This document shows, one piece after another, positions 32,828 to 47,800 of a stretch of 64,000 nt of DNA. Origin of the DNA: Mobula hypostoma (Eukaryota). A program made the translations under genes and the position numbers. Where the stretch lies: contig NC_086097.1 of the NCBI RefSeq assembly GCF_963921235.1, forward strand, positions 174,160,001 to 174,224,000. Reading direction: 5' to 3'. The notes under the pieces are model-generated. The model was given only the letters and a program-made list of their open reading frames with translations. It searched no databases and had not been told where the DNA came from. Each line of letters starts with the position of its first letter. Positions within the stretch are counted from its first letter, which is position 1.

Positions 32828-33462
32828 ACATCACCCAGGAGCAGAATTGGGCCATTCAGCCCATCAAGTCTGTTCTGCTATTCTATCATGGCTGATTTAT
32901 TATCCCTCTCATCCCCATTCTCCTGCCTTCTTGTAATCTTCGACACCCTGACTGATCAAGAACCTATCTGTCTTTGCTTTAAATATACCCAATATCTTGG
33001 CCTCTATCTGTGGCAATGAATTCTACAATTCACTACCCTCTGGCTAAAAAAAATTCCTCCTCATCTCTGTTCTAAATGGACATTCTTCTATTCTGAGGCT
33101 CTTCCCTCTGGTCCTAGACTCCGCTACTATAGGAAACGTCCTCTCCACATCCACTCCATCTAGGCCTTTCAGAATTCAATAGGTTTTGGTGAGATTCTCC
33201 ACCCTCTGCACCCTCCCCCTCCGCCCCCCCCCCATTCTTCTATGTTGCAGTGAGTACGAGCCCAGAGCCAAATGCTCCTTATTGCATCACACAAAATGCT
33301 GAAGGGTCTCAGCCTGAAATGGTTGACTCTTTTCCATAGATGTTGCCTGGCCTGCTGAATTCCTCCAGTATTTTGTGTGTGTTGCTTGGATTTCCAGCTC
33401 TGCAGATTTTATCTTGTTTGTGAATGCTCCTCATACGTAAGCCCCTTTCAGTTTTGGGATCT
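32828..33462 (-). mobile_element. CR1 3' end with nested Penelope-type fragment (copy 2)
   Basis: Matches 6215-6848. Confidence 0.85.
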
Positions 33463-35378
33463 TCTGTATGGTTTACATAGCTTAAAAACATAGTCAATTT
33501 ACTTAATACTTGGGATCATTTAGGGCCCATTTTAATGCTATCTGTCATGGAGATGAGTGAGTGAGAAGATGGAAGAATACAGTATTATTTGTAAAATTTA
33601 AAAAGAGAGGTCCACTTTTGTGATCAGAGAAGAAAAGCAGGGTATTTGTTAAATGTTCTTGTATTTGTTAAATGTTCTTATATTTGAATGTGTTGATATT
33701 CAACTAGACACTTAGCCAATTCCTTGGGATTATGGGTGGTTCAGTTCACTGAGCAATAGATGCTTGATTTCTTTTGGCAGCCATTGCTCATTAGCTATCA
33801 CGCATCTTGACAGAGCAATGTATTGATCCAATGGCTATGAGGTCCAAAGTAATTGGAAATTAAGCTGTGCTGCAGACCTGGCACACAGACATCCACCAGG
33901 TTCATGTTGCCATATTCTGACCATCCTAAACACCCTAAACACAGAAACTTTATTAGCACCCTTCCGTTGACATCTTCCAATTACCCTGATTATCTCCCTT
34001 GTCTTCCTACTTCTGATCACTTTTTCCTCAGTGTCTCCCTTAAGTCCTCACTCTCTTAATCCCCTTCTCTCTGAAGTTCTTTCACTTTTTCCTGGTTAGC
34101 CCATTCTCTTTCTTTTCCCCACTCGACTACCACACAATATACTGCTCCAGCTGCCTGTTGCTTGCTCTTTCTAAGAGTGAGGTCACTTACCAACTGTTGT
34201 GGCTCATCTTCTTCCTGGGTTGTTCCCCAGTTGCCTCACTCCTGCCAACACCCACCTACAGGTCCCAGCATCTGTGCCACTTGAAACCGGCAGCCAAGTT
34301 CTAGAATTCTAGAATTCTCCTAAGGCGCTTGCACACATAACACTCATGATTAACGTGCAGATGCAGCAGGTGATTAAAAAGGCAAATAGTATGCAAACTT
34401 TTGTAATGCGAGCATTTGGTTATAGCAGAAAGGAAGTATTGTACAGTACTTATTTTAGAATCAGGTTTTTTAAAATCACTGTCTTATGTGAAATTTGTTG
34501 TGTGGCAGCAGTATAGTGCAAAGACATAAAATTGCTATAAATTACAAAATAATAAATAGTGCAAAAGAGAACATTGAGGCAGAGTTCATGGACTATTCAG
34601 AAACCTGATGATGAAGGGAAAGAAACTACTGCTGAGTTGTTGAGTGTGGGTCTTTAGGCTCCTGTACCACCTCTCTTGAAGTAGGAATGCAAAGAGGGCA
34701 TGTGCTGGATTGTGAAGATCCAAAATGATAAAAGGTGCCTTATCAAGGCACTGCTTCTTGAAGATATCCTCAGGTGGAGAGAGTTGTGCCTTGATGGAGC
34801 TGGCTGATTCTACAAACCTCTGCAGCCTTTTGTGATTTAGTGCATTGGAGCCTCCATATCAGGGTGCGATGGAACCACACTTCAGAATGCACTTCACTGT
34901 AAATTGATAGAAATTTGCAGGAGTATTTGATCTTGCTCAAACTCCGAACGAAGTAGATCCACTGGTGTTTCTTTATAATTAGAATTGATGTATTATTGTC
35001 ATGTGCACTGCGGTAGAGTGAACATTTAACGTCCATACTGTTTGAACAGATCAACTCATTACATGGTACATTGAGGTAGTATAAGGTTAAACAATAACAA
35101 TGCAGAATGAAGTGTAACAACTACAGGAAAAAGTGCAGGTAGACAATAAGGTGCAACATCAAAACAAGGTAGATTATGAGGTGAAGAGTCTATTTTATCA
35201 TACTAGGGAACCATTCAATAGTCTTATAACAGTGGGTTAGAAACTGTCTTGAAGTCTGGTGGTACGTTCTTTCAGGTTTTTAAAGACTTCTGCCCAATGG
35301 GGAAAGGGAGAAGAGAGAATTTCCATGGTGGGTGGTTGCTTTGATTACACTGATGGAAGTTAAATACAGATGTCTGAA

Positions 35379-36534
35379 CAGTAGCCAGGAATTGGGCTAC
35401 AAATTACAATAGAAAAGGCATGTAAAAAGAGCTATGTTGTGATAATCGTGGGGCATTTCAATATGCAGATAGATTGGGCAGATCAGATTAATGCTGTATC
35501 CCAAGAGAGGGAATTTGTAGAATGTCTACAAGATAGCTTTTTAGAGCAGCTTGTGGTTGAACTCACTTGGGGACTGGCAATTCTGGATTGGGTGTCATAT
35601 AATGACTCAAATTTGATCAGAGAGCTTAAGGTAAAGGAACCCTTAGGAGACAGCAATCATAATATGATTGAACTTTCCCTGCAATGTTGGAAGGAGAAGC
35701 TAAATTCAGATGTATCAATATTACAGTAGAGTAAAGGGAATTACAGAGGCATGGGAAAGGAGCTAGCCAAAGTAGATTGGAAGGGGACATGAGCAAGGAT
35801 GATGCAAAACAGCAAAGGCTGGTGCAAAGGGACTTGGGAGTCCTTGTGCAGAATTCCCTAAATGTTAAGTTGCAGATTGAATTGGTGGTAAGGAAGGCAA
35901 ATGCAATGTTAGCATTCATTTCAAGAATATAAAAGTAGGATATAATGTTGAGAGTTTATAAAGCACTGGTGAGGCCACACTTAGAGTATTGTGAGCAGTT
36001 CTGGCCCCTCATCTAAGAAAGGATGTGCTACCATTTGAGAGGGTCGAGCGGAGGTTCACGCGAGTGATCCCAGGAATTAAAGGATTAACATACGAGGAGC
36101 ATTTGATAACTCTGGCTCAGTACTCTCTGGAGTTTAGAAGAATGAGGTTGTGGAAGGGGGAAGGGGTATCTGATTGAAACCTATTGAATATTGAAAGATC
36201 TTGCTAGAGTGGATGTGGAGAGGATGTTTCCTGTAGTAGGGGAGTATAGGACCAGAGTGTGCAACTTCAGAATTGAAGGACAACCACTTAGAACAGAGAT
36301 GAGGAAAAACATCTTTAGCCAGAAGGTGGTGAACCTGTGGAATTCATTATCACAAACAGCTGTGCATACCAAGTGAATTTAAGTCTGAGGTTGATAGCTT
36401 CTTGACTAATCAGGGTATCAACGGTTACAGGGAGAATGGGGTTGATAGGGATAATAAATCAGTCATGATGAAATGCCGGAGCACACTCAATGGACCAAAT
36501 GGCCTGATTCTATTCCTATGTCTTATTGTCTTGA
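35379..36534 (+). mobile_element. Internally deleted CR1 LINE (copy 2)
   Basis: Matches 8765-9920, with identical ORF translations. Confidence 0.9.
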
Positions 36535-36727
36535 TGGCAGCGAGAAGAACTGACAGAGTTCATGGAGGGGCAGCTGGTTTCTGTGATGTGCTTACTTGTG
36601 TCCACAACTCTGAGTCATTGATTGTATTGATGTGTTGGGCCCAGCACAGATCCTCGGAGATGTTGTCATCCAGGAACTTAAAGCTGCTCACCCTTCCCAC
36701 CATTGTCCCCTCAATGAGGTTTGGTGA

Positions 36728-38984
36728 ATGTTTTGCTTTGCCTATGATGAGATGAATTATGCCAGGTACCTGTCCCCTTACTTTGCTCAGATGATGAACC
36801 TCCTAGAGAAGAATCCTTCTGCATATGAGGCCTTCAAGACAGGCCAATTCTCAGTACAGCTGTCAAGTAACAACCCCTTTGGGCAGATCCCTGTGGACCA
36901 GGGCTGCTGAAGCCACAGTGAACAAAGACACACACAGACTCCTGGAGGCACATCACAGTTCAGCCTGAATGCTGGAGCTATCAAGCATTACGACATAACA
37001 GCTGAGCACCACAGTGCATTCCTGGGACAGTTAAGGGAGATGGTGCAAGGCAACAAATCAGAGCTTTGTCCTGTGGAGCTACAATGGCTAAGAATTCAGA
37101 AAGATGAGGAAGCAGTTTCAGCAGTGGTTAGCCTCATACATGAATGGGTCAACCCATTTGCAGAGAAGCGGGACCTCATTAGCATCTCTACGGCAAAGGC
37201 AGCCCCCAAGGACATTGCCTCCGACCTGATGAAGGCATATGAGATTGGCGAGCAATGCTATGCAACCTTCAAGGATGAGAGACTAGAGGAAGACCCACCA
37301 GCAAAGAAATTCCATGACCCAATGAAAACCAACAAGCTGAAAACATTCAGTGATATGTGTAAGAAGAGAGAAGTGAAATCAAATGGGAGGGCGATCATCT
37401 TGAAAGCAGACAGGTCTTTGTTTGGATGCATCATAGTGATGGCCCAAGGGCGCAGTCTACGTATGGAGGATATCCTTTTTCATTCCCTTGGATCATTGCC
37501 CTGGGCCCTGTCCACAGCAGAAGGACTGCTGAGAAAGACAAATAAAGCTACTTTAGCCACAACCTTGAAGAAAAATGTACCAGTAGAAGAGCAACTCCCA
37601 GGAAACTCTGCTACAGTAGATGGAATGAACTTGGTCCAAAGAATGTAAGGTGATCCAGTTCCTTTCAGAGATGTTGCCACAACAATTCTGGGTATGGCTC
37701 TGAGGGAAGGCAGTCAGAGTAGCAGAATCAATGTTGTGTTTGACACTTACAAGGAGAACTCTATAAAGAACAGTGAAAGATCTCTACGGGGTGAAGAGAC
37801 TGGTCATGAGTTGCAAGGTACCACAGGCACACGGATGGTGAGGCAGTGAATGAGCTCTCTGACCAAAGTCAGTAACAAAAATAGTCTCTTTAACTTCATA
37901 GTCCATGAATGGAGGAAGGCGGAGTACAGAGCAAAGCTACAGGAGAAGTTCCTGTATGCAACTGTGAATGACAAATGTTACAGAATCACATCTCAAGACA
38001 ATGAGGAGGTGTCAGCTTTTCAGTGTCAACAAGAAGAAGCAGATGGCCGCCTACCTCACCATGCTGCCCATGCCACAACAGAGGGATACCAATCTGTAGT
38101 GATCTGCTCAGAAGACACAGATATCTTTATCATGTCTAGATTGAGGCCCAGTTGTTCCAGAAGTGTAGCACTAGAACCCGTGCAAGGCTTGGAGACATCA
38201 GGAAGTTTGCTGCCATTGTTGGCATAGGGGTTTGTAGGGCTTTCATTGGGTTGCACGCATATACAGGATGTGACACTGTAAGCGCTTTTGCAGGCAAAGA
38301 GAAGAGGAATGCCCTAAAACTTCTGACCAGCAACAGGGAAACTCAGGACACATCCTCAGAGTTGGGTCAGGAATGGGACCTCTCCCCAGAACTGATGGAC
38401 AAACTGGAGGCATTTACATGTCTCCTGTATGCCCCAAAAGCATTGACCACTAAGGTTAATGAGCTCAGGTATCACCTTTTCTGTGAGATAAAAGGTGATA
38501 TGGAAAGTTATCAACTTCCACCATGCACAGCGAGCCAACTATCAGGCTGATATATGGAGAAGATGTTTGGAGAAGGACCCACAAGTGCCAAGCCCTGTTG
38601 GCAGAGGATGGAAGATGGAGAGAGAAGAGGAAGCTGAACAGTTGGATGGAAGGCCAGCCAGCACCCAATGCCATCTGGGATCTACTGGCCTGTAACTGTC
38701 CAAAAAAATGTTCACTCCCAAGATGTATGTATGATAATTTACTAATTTTAACTATTTTTAATATTTGTAATCCAGGGAGTGTGAAGCGCAGAATCGAATA
38801 TCACTGTGATGATTGTACGTTCTAGTACCAATTGTTTGGCGACTATAAAGTATGTGTGTTGCAAATGGCCTCAGGTGAACTGACGTGCAGACTGGCAGAC
38901 TGTGAGAACCAGGCATCCACCTCAGAGAGTGTAGAAAGTTCAGATGAAGACGTGGAAGACTTGGAAAATTATTATGATTGTTAA
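36728..38984 (+). pseudogene. Academ (AcademX-type) ORF relic (copy 2)
   Basis: Same stops, frameshifts and nested insertion (38731-38849) as 10114-12370. Two substitutions were noticed (PST/PSA and TML/TIL). The possible terminus is at 39947. Confidence 0.8.
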
Positions 38985-39814
38985 TGGGTTATGAAAGTAT
39001 GGAATGCAGTCTTTGATTAAGTATATTCATTTTACAACCAAATGGGGCCTAGGTTATGGCTGTGTGGAACCCCACATTTGAATTACTGTACTGTAATTCC
39101 ATATGCTATGAAAAAAGCTTAAGATTGTTTTGCATTTGATACAACAATATGGAAAATATCATGGCATTGATAAAACTCCAGAAAACTTTCCAAATGAGGT
39201 TTTTTTACCTTTTTACCTTTTGGGGGTGGGGTAACATTTTCTGCTGTACTGATGTTAATATGGAATATATACAAAAAATGATTACTTATTTGAATTCCTG
39301 AATAAATTCTCTACAAATCCATGTGATTATATGTGTCCTAGGGTTTTTATTGACTTTTCCAAAATAAACAACAGACAAATATTTTTCTAAAAATAAAATG
39401 ATTCACTCTACTGAAATCGGGCACTGTACTGCGAGTGCCACCAATGAAATAGTTTTCAATGTAGGATTTTATAACAACGTTTGATGAAAAGTGCTTGAAC
39501 TCAGCTATCATTGTGACAGATCTCAATGTTGAGGGATCACTGATGACAAAGTACCACCAGGTTGAATATATATGTTGTACTTTATATTGGCCACTTTTCA
39601 GAAATGCTTATTTTAGGGTAGTGTTATAAAATGCATGATAGCACACATAAAGCTATCACTGGTACAATGCTATCACATATTTTCTAACTCCAGAGATGTA
39701 TACCTTGCCAAAAATCACTATGAGCAATATTCCCCTCAGATGGTACCGACTGTCACAAAAAACTGTGGGTCAATTGTTTAAGAAAAATAACCAGATGGCT
39801 TGCGTCACAAAAAT

Positions 39815-39854
39815 AAACAAACAAACAAACAAACAAACAAACAAACAAACAAAT
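39815..39854 (+). repeat. (AAAC)9 microsatellite
   Basis: 20 bp longer than the equivalent site in copy 1. Confidence 0.9.
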
Positions 39855-40243
39855 AAATATATATCCACTCTCAGACTAAACACAAAAGAAAACTAACCCC
39901 AAAGCCTTGGTAACTTGAGGCTTATAACCGCTAAGCCCCTCCCCCTAGACCAACCAAAAACTAATTAACTCAATTATCCAATTAAAGATGGTATCCTCCA
40001 CATCAGCACACCTGTGCAGGTTGCTGCTGCCTCCAGATGAGACAGCTCCATGCAGCAACTGTTTCAGATCCAGCCACTATTACTACTGGGGATGTGTTTT
40101 ATCGAGTGCCCCATGTGCTGTCCGTAATCAGTGACGGGCCTTTGTCACACTGACCAACCCTACTGGCTCACGGACCATTGAGCTGTTCTTAGCCACACAA
40201 TCATGAGTATAGTGAGAGTAGAGCAGTGGGTTTAGCATACATG

Positions 40244-40874
40244 CTAGAGGTGTGCCTTGTTAAGGTCACACTTCAAGAACTGTGTACAGTTTTGGTCTCC
40301 TTGTGTAAGAAAGTATGTACTGTCAGAGGGGGAGTCCATGGAAGATTCACCAGACTGGTTCCAAGGATGGCAGGGAATAAGGAAACATTGAGTATGCTAG
40401 AATTATATTCTCAAAAGATTAGGAGAATGAGATATCTGAAAATTTCTGAAAAGGCTCAACAGTTATGGGGAGGATATTTGTGACTGAGGAGACTGGGGTC
40501 AGGGAATGCAGTTTGAGAAGATTCAGCAGGCTGTTAAATTTTTTCCATTGAGAGTATGATGAATCTGTAGCATTCTCTGTCCTTGGAAGGTTGTGGAGAC
40601 TTGGCCAACAAAATCATTCAAAGTAGTAGATCAGTAGGATTTCTGCATATTCTGAATATTGTGATGGTGGAAGAAAATGGCACTGAGGTAGAGCATAGAA
40701 TTGTGTAACACAGGACAGGAACAGGTTCTTTGTCCCAAGATATTGTCCCGAGCTAATATAGGTAATGTCTAATTAAATTAATCCCTTCTTCCTACACATT
40801 AGATGACAAGATTAGCCATGATTTTGTTAATAGCAAAGTGAGTTTGAAAGACTGGAGAATCTTTTCTTCCTCTT
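40244..40874 (+). mobile_element. Old degraded CR1 3' portion (copy 2)
   Basis: Matches 13600-14230. Confidence 0.7.
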
Positions 40875-41541
40875 ATTTCTTATATTTATGTGATTAAAAA
40901 TAGTAAGTACTGTAAATACTCTGCAGGTCAGGCAACATCTTTGGAGAGTGAAATGGAGTCACCATCCTGAAATATTGCTTCCATAATATTTTGTTGAGAC
41001 AAGTGAGCTTTATTTGGAGTCTGTAGATTCCAGTTAAGATTGGTTTCAGTTATTAGTTTCTGGTTGTTGCTTAAAATGCTTCATTTGTTAATTCAACATT
41101 GTATGTAACTCTTCCCATAAGTGCATAGCCCTGCTGTGAATTTTTTCTTGACATTAAGAAAGTTTCATTGTCCCAATTTGGGTTACAAGTGGATAACAAC
41201 CTCTGAATGTAGAAATAAAGGATTCTTAATCATGTTTCATTTTTTTAGAGGCTAAAAGAATAAAATAAATTATGAGCTATAAATTATCAACAATTCCTTA
41301 TTTTTTTTGTTGGCATTCATACATTGTGATGATTTTTTTCAATTGACACTGTTTTAGTAAAGATAATTATTGTTGTACATGATGGAAAACATATTGTTTA
41401 GTTGAGAATTGATAGTTATGAATTGTTGCAGGAATTTATATTACATTGGAATTTGGTTCCATGCAAAATTGCCTCTGAATAGAATATTAATATTAACCAT
41501 TGCCTTAAATATTGCAAATGCAATTTAGCTATATATTTCAC

Positions 41542-41877
41542 AGATGGTTCCTGTGCACGACGCTCCCACAATCTTCTGGAAAGCTCATGAAACTTCATTT
41601 CACTTTTGTCATGAGGTCTAAGTCTGCTTTTCATCTTGAGTTGTGTTCTGGAACTGTTGGAGCCTGTGATTTGCAGTTTGGAGATTGTTTGGGGGGGTCA
41701 TTGCTTTGCTATCTCTGAGCGGATTCTGGGAGGTCGAGGCAGTAAGCGCGAACCTCATGGTGAGAAGACTGCGGGACGGGCGCAAGCTAATTGAAGCTTC
41801 CATTGTCCGCTGATTAAAGCAATGAGGGAGATTGAAAGATTGAGGTGAATGCCGAAGTGGAGCGCCAGCTGCCTGTC
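41542..41877 (+). mobile_element. CpG-rich retroelement-like head preceding the array (copy 2)
   Basis: Matches 14898-15220, with 13 extra bp (GCTTTTCATCTTG) and two additional CpGs. Confidence 0.4.
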
Positions 41878-44800
41878 TTCTGATTGCTGGTGGGATTGCT
41901 GTGCTACCAGAGAGGGTAAACTGCCTTCTGATTGCTGGTGGGATTGCTCTGCTACCAGAGAGGGTAAATTGCCTTCTGATTGCTGGTGGGATTGCTCTGC
42001 TACCAAAGAGGGTAAATTGCTTTCTGATTGCAGGTGGGATTGCTCTGCTACCAGAGAGGGTAAATTGCCTTCTGACCACTGGTGGGATTGCTCTGCTACC
42101 AGAGAGGGTAAATTGCCTTCTGATTGCTGGTGGGATTGCTCTGCTACCAGAGAGGGTAAACTGCCTTCTGATTGCTGGTGGGATTGCTCTGCTGCCAGAG
42201 AGGGTAAACTGCCTTCTGATTGCTGGTGGGATTGCTGTGCTACCAGAGAGGGTAAATTGCCTTCTGATTGCTGGTGGGATTGCTCTGCTACCAGAGAGGG
42301 TAAATTGCCTTCTGATTGCTGGTGGGATTGCTCTGCTACCAGAGAGGGTAAATTGCTTTCTGATTGCTGGTGGGATTGCTCTGCTACCAGAGAGGGTAAA
42401 TTGCCTTCTGATTGCTGGTGGGATTGCTCTGCTACCAGAGAGGGTAAATTGCCTTCTGATTGCTGGTGGGATTGCTCTGCTACCAGAGAGGGTAAACTGC
42501 CTTCTGATTGCTGGTGGGATTGCTCTGCTACCAGAGAGGGTAAATTGCCTTCTGATTGCTGGTGGGATTGCTCTGCTACCAGAGAGGGTAAATTGCCTTC
42601 TGATTGCTGGTGGGATTGCTCTGCTACCAGAGAGGGTAAATTGCCTTCTGATTGCTGGTGGGATTGCTCTGCTACCAGAGAGGGTAAATTGCTTTCTGAT
42701 TGCTGGTGGGATTGCTCTGCTACCAGAGAGGGTAAATTGCCTTCTGATTGCTGGTGGGATTGCTCTGCTACCAGAGAGGGTAAATTGCCTTCTGATTGCT
42801 GGTGGGATTGCTCTGCTACGAGAGAGGGTAAACTGCCTTCTGATTGCTGGTGGGATTGCTCTGCTACGAGAGAGGGTAAATTGCCTTCTGATTGCTGGTG
42901 GGATTGCTCTGCTACCAGAGAGGGTAAATTGCCTTCTGATTGCTGGTGGGATTGCTCTGCTACCAGAGAGCGTAAACTGCCTTCTGAGAGCTGGTGGGAT
43001 TGCTCTGCTAACAGAGAGGGTAAACTGCCTTCTGACCACTGGTGGGATTGCTCTGCTACCAGAGAGGGTAAATTGCCTTCTGATTGCTGGTGGGATTGCC
43101 CTGCTACCAGAGAGGGTAAACTGCCTTCTGATTGCTGGTGGGATAGCTCTGCTACGAGAGAGGGTAAATTGCCTTCTGACCACTGGTGGGATTGCTCTGC
43201 TACCAGAGAGGGTAAATTGCCTTCTAATTGCTGGTGGGATTGCTCTGCTACCAGAGAGGGTAAATTGCCTTCTGACCACTGGTGGGATTGCTCTGCTACC
43301 AGAGAGGGTAAACTGCCTTCTGAGAGCTGGTGGGATTGCTCTGCTACCAGAGAGGGTAAATTGCCTTCTAATTGCTGGTGGGATTGCTCTGCTACGAGAG
43401 AGGGTAAATTGCCTTCTGACCACTGGTGGGATTGCTCTGCTACCAGAGAGGGTTAACTGCCTTCTGACCACTGGTGGGATTGCTCTGCTACCAGAGAGGG
43501 TAAATTGCCTTCTGCTTGCTGGTGGGATTGCTCTGCGAACAGAGAGGGTAAATTGCCTTCTGATTGCTCGTGGGATTGCTCTGCTACCAGAGAGGGTAAA
43601 TTGCTTTCTGATTGCTGGTGGGATTGCTCTGCTACGAGAGAGGGTAAATTGCCTTCTGACCACTGGTGGGATTGCTCTGCTACCAGAGAGGGTAAATTGC
43701 CTTCTGACCACTGGTGGGATTGCTCTGCTACCAGAGAGGGTAAACTGCCTTCTGATTGCTGGTGGGATTGCTCTGCTACGAGAGAGGGTAAATTGCCTTC
43801 TGACCACTGGTGGCATTGCTCTGCTACCAGAGAGGGTAAATTGCCTTCTGATTGCTGGTGGGATTGCTTTGCTAACAGAGAGGGTAAATTGCCTTCTGAT
43901 TGCTGGTGGGATTGCTCTGCTACCAAAGAGGGTAAATTGCTTTCTGATTGCAGGTGGGATTGCTCTGCTACCAGAGAGGGTAAATTGCCTTCTGACCACT
44001 GGTGGGATTGCTCTGCTACCAGAGATGGTAAATTGCCTTCTGATTGCTGGTGGGATTGCTCTGCTACCAGAGAGGGAAAACTACCTTCTGATTGCTGGTG
44101 GGATTGCTCTGCTACGAGAGAGGGTAAATTGCCTTCTGACCACTGGTGGGATTGCTCTGCTACCAGAGAGGGTAAATTGCCTTCTGATTGCTGGTGGGAT
44201 TGCTCTGCTACCAAAGAGGGTAAATTGCTTTCTGATTGCAGGTGGGATTGCTCTGCTACCAGAGAGGGTAAATTGCCTTCTGACCACTGGTGGGATTGCT
44301 CTGCTACCAGAGAGGGTAAACTGCCTTCTGAGAGCTGGTGGGATTGCTCTGCTACCAGAGAGGGTAAATTGCCTTCTAATTGCTGGTGGGATTGCTCTGC
44401 TACGAGAGAGGGTAAATTGCCTTCTGACCACTGGTGGGATTGCTCTGCTACCAGAGAGGGTTAACTGCCTTCTGAGCACTGGTGGGATTGCTCTGCTACC
44501 AGAGAGGGTAAATTGCCTTCTGCTTGCTGGTGGGATTGCTCTGCGAACAGAGAGGGTAAATTGCCTTCTGATTGCTCGTGGGATTGCTCTGCTACCAGAG
44601 AGGGTAAATTGCCTTCTGATTGCTGGTGGGATTGCTTTGCTAACAGAGAGGGTAAATTGCCTTCTGATTGCTGGTGGGATTGCTCTGCTACGAGAGAGGG
44701 TAAATTGCCTTCTGACCACTGGTGGGATTGCTCTGCTACCAGAGAGGGTTAACTGCCTTCTGACCACTGGTGGGATTGCTCTGCTACCAGAGAGGGTAAA

Positions 44801-47800
44801 TTGCCTTCTGACCACTGGTGGGATTGCTCTGCTACCAGAGAGGGTAAACTGCCTTCTGAGAGCTGGTGGGATTGCTCTGCTACGAGAGAGGGTAAATTGC
44901 CTTCTAATTGCTGGTGGGATTGCTCTGCTACCAGAGAGGGCAAATTGCCTTCTGACCACTGGTGGGATTGCTCTGCTACCAGAGAGGGTAAACTGCCTTC
45001 TGATTGCTGGTGGGATTGCTCTGCTACGACAGAGGGTAAATTGCCTTCTGACCACTGGTGGGATTGCTCTGCTACCAGAGAGGGTAAATTGCCTTCTGAT
45101 TGCTGGTGGGATTGCTTTGCTAACAGAGAGGGTAAATTGCCTTCTGATTGCTGGTGGGATTGCTCTACTACCAGAGAGGGTAAATTGCTTTCTGATTGCT
45201 GGTGGGATTGCTCTGCTACCAGAGAGGGTAAACTGCCTTCTGGTTGCTGGTGGGATTGCTCTGCTACGAGAGAGGGTAAATTGCCTTCTGACCACTGGTG
45301 GGATTGCTCTGCTAACAGAGAGGGTAAATTGCCTTCGAATTGCTGGTGGGATTGCTCTGCTACCAGAGAGGGTAAACTGCCTTCTGACCACTGGTGGGAT
45401 TGCTCTGCTACCAGAGAGGGTAAATTGCTTTCTGATTGCTGGTGGGATTGCTCTGCTACGAGAGAGGGTAAATTGCCTTCTGACCACTGGTGGGATTGCT
45501 CTGCTACCAGAGAGGGTAAATTGCCTTCTAATTGCTGGTGGGATTGCTCTGCTACCAGAGAGGGTAAATTGCCTTCTGATAGCTGGTGGGATTGCTCTGC
45601 TAACAGAGAGGGTAAATTGCCTTCTAATTGCTGGTGGGATTGCTCTGCTACCAGAGAGGGTAAACTGCCTTCTGACCACTGGTGGGATTGCTCTGCTACG
45701 AGAGAGGGTAAATTGCCTTCTAATTGCTGGTGGGATTGCTCTGCTACCAGAGAGGGTAAACTGCCTTCTGACAACTGGTGGGATTGCTCTGCTACCAGAG
45801 AGGGTAAATTGCCTTCTGATTGCTGGTGGGATTGCTGTGCTACCAGAGAGGGTAAATTGCCTTCTGATTGCTGGTGGGATTGCTCTGCGACCAGAGAGGG
45901 TAAATTGCCTTCTGATTGCTGGTGAGATTGCTCTGCTACTGGAGTGGAGGGACAGCTTTCTGATTGCTGGTGGGATTGCTCTGCTACCAGAGAGGGTAAA
46001 TTGCTTTCTGATTGCTGGTGGGATTGCACTGCTACCAGAGAGGGTAAACTGCCTTCTGATTGCTGGTGGGATTCCTCTGCTACCAGAGAGGGTAAATTGC
46101 CTTCTGATTGCTGCTGGGATTGCTCTGCTACCAGAGAGGGTAAATTGCCTTCTAATTGCTGGTGGGATTGCTCTGCTAACAGAGAGGGTAAATTGCCTTC
46201 GAATTGCTGGTGGGATTGCTCTGCTACCAGAGAGGGTAAACTGCCTTCTGACCACTGGTGGGATTGCTCTGCTACCAGAGAGGGTAAATTGCTTTCTGAT
46301 TGCTGGTGGGATTGCTCTGCTACGAGAGAGGGTAAATTGCCTTCTGACCACTGGTGGGATTGCTCTGCTACCAGAGAGGGTAAATTGCCTTCTAATTGCT
46401 GGTGGGATTGCTCTGCTACCAGAGAGGGTAAATTGCCTTCTGATAGCTGGTGGGATTGCTCTGCTAACAGAGAGGGTAAATTGCCTTCTAATTGCTGGTG
46501 GGATTGCTCTGCTACCAGAGAGGGTAAACTGCCTTCTGACCACTGGTGGGATTGCTCTGCTACGAGAGAGGGTAAATTGCCTTCTAATTGCTGGTGGGAT
46601 TGCTCTGCTACCAGAGAGGGTAAACTGCCTTCTGACCACTGGTGGGATTGCTCTGCTACCAAAGAGGGTAAATTGCCTTCTGATTGCTGGTGGGATTGCT
46701 CTGCTAACAGAGAGGGTAAATTGCCTTCTGATTGCTGGTGGGATTGCTGTGCTACCAGAGAGGGTAAATTGCCTTCTGATTGCTGGTGGGATTGCTCTGC
46801 GACCAGAGAGGGTAAATTGCCTTCTGATTGCTGGTGAGATTGCTCTGCTACTGCTACGGAGTGGAGGGACTGCTTTCTGATTGCTGGTGGGATTGCTCTG
46901 CTACCAGAGAGGGTAAATTGCTTTATGATTGCTGGTGGGATTGCACTGCTACCAGAGAGGGTAAACTGCCTTCTGATTGCTGGTGGGATTCCTCTGCTAC
47001 CAGAGAGGGTAAATTGCCCTCTGATTGCTGCTGGGATTGCTCTGCTACCAGAGAGGGTAAATTGCCTTCTAATTGCTGGTGGGATTGCTCTGCTACCAGA
47101 GAGGGTAAATTGCCTTCTGATTGCTGGTGGGATTGCTCTGCTACCAGAGAGGGTAAACTGCCTTCTGGTTGCTGGTGGGATTGCTCTGCTACGAGAGAGG
47201 GTAAATTGCCTTCTGACCACTGGTGGGATTGCTCTGCTAACAGAGAGGGTAAATTGCCTTTGATTGCTGGTGGGATTGCTCTGCTACCAGAGAGGGTAAA
47301 CTGCCTTCTGATTGCTGGTGGGATTGCTCTGCTACCAGAGAGGGTAAATTGCTTTCTGATTGCTGGTGGGATTGCTCTGCTACGAGAGAGGGTAAATTGC
47401 CTTCTGATTGCTGGTGGGATTGCTCTGCTACCAGAGAGGGTAAATTGCCTTCTAATTGCTGGTGGGATTGCTCTGCTACCAGAGAGGGTAAATTGCCTTC
47501 TGATAGCTGGTGGGATTGCTCTGCTAACAGAGAGGGTAAATTGCCTTCTAATTGCTGGTGGGATTGCTCTGCTACCAGAGAGGGTAAACTGCCTTCTGAC
47601 CACTGGTGGGATTGCTCTGCTACGAGAGAGGGTAAATTGCCTTCTAATTGCTGGTGGGATTGCTCTGCTACCAGAGAGGGTAAACTGCCTTCTGACCACT
47701 GGTGGGATTGCTCTGCTACCAAAGAGGGTAAATTGCCTTCTAATTGCTGGTGGGATTGCTCTGCTACCAGAGAGGGTAAACTGCCTTCTGACCACTGGTG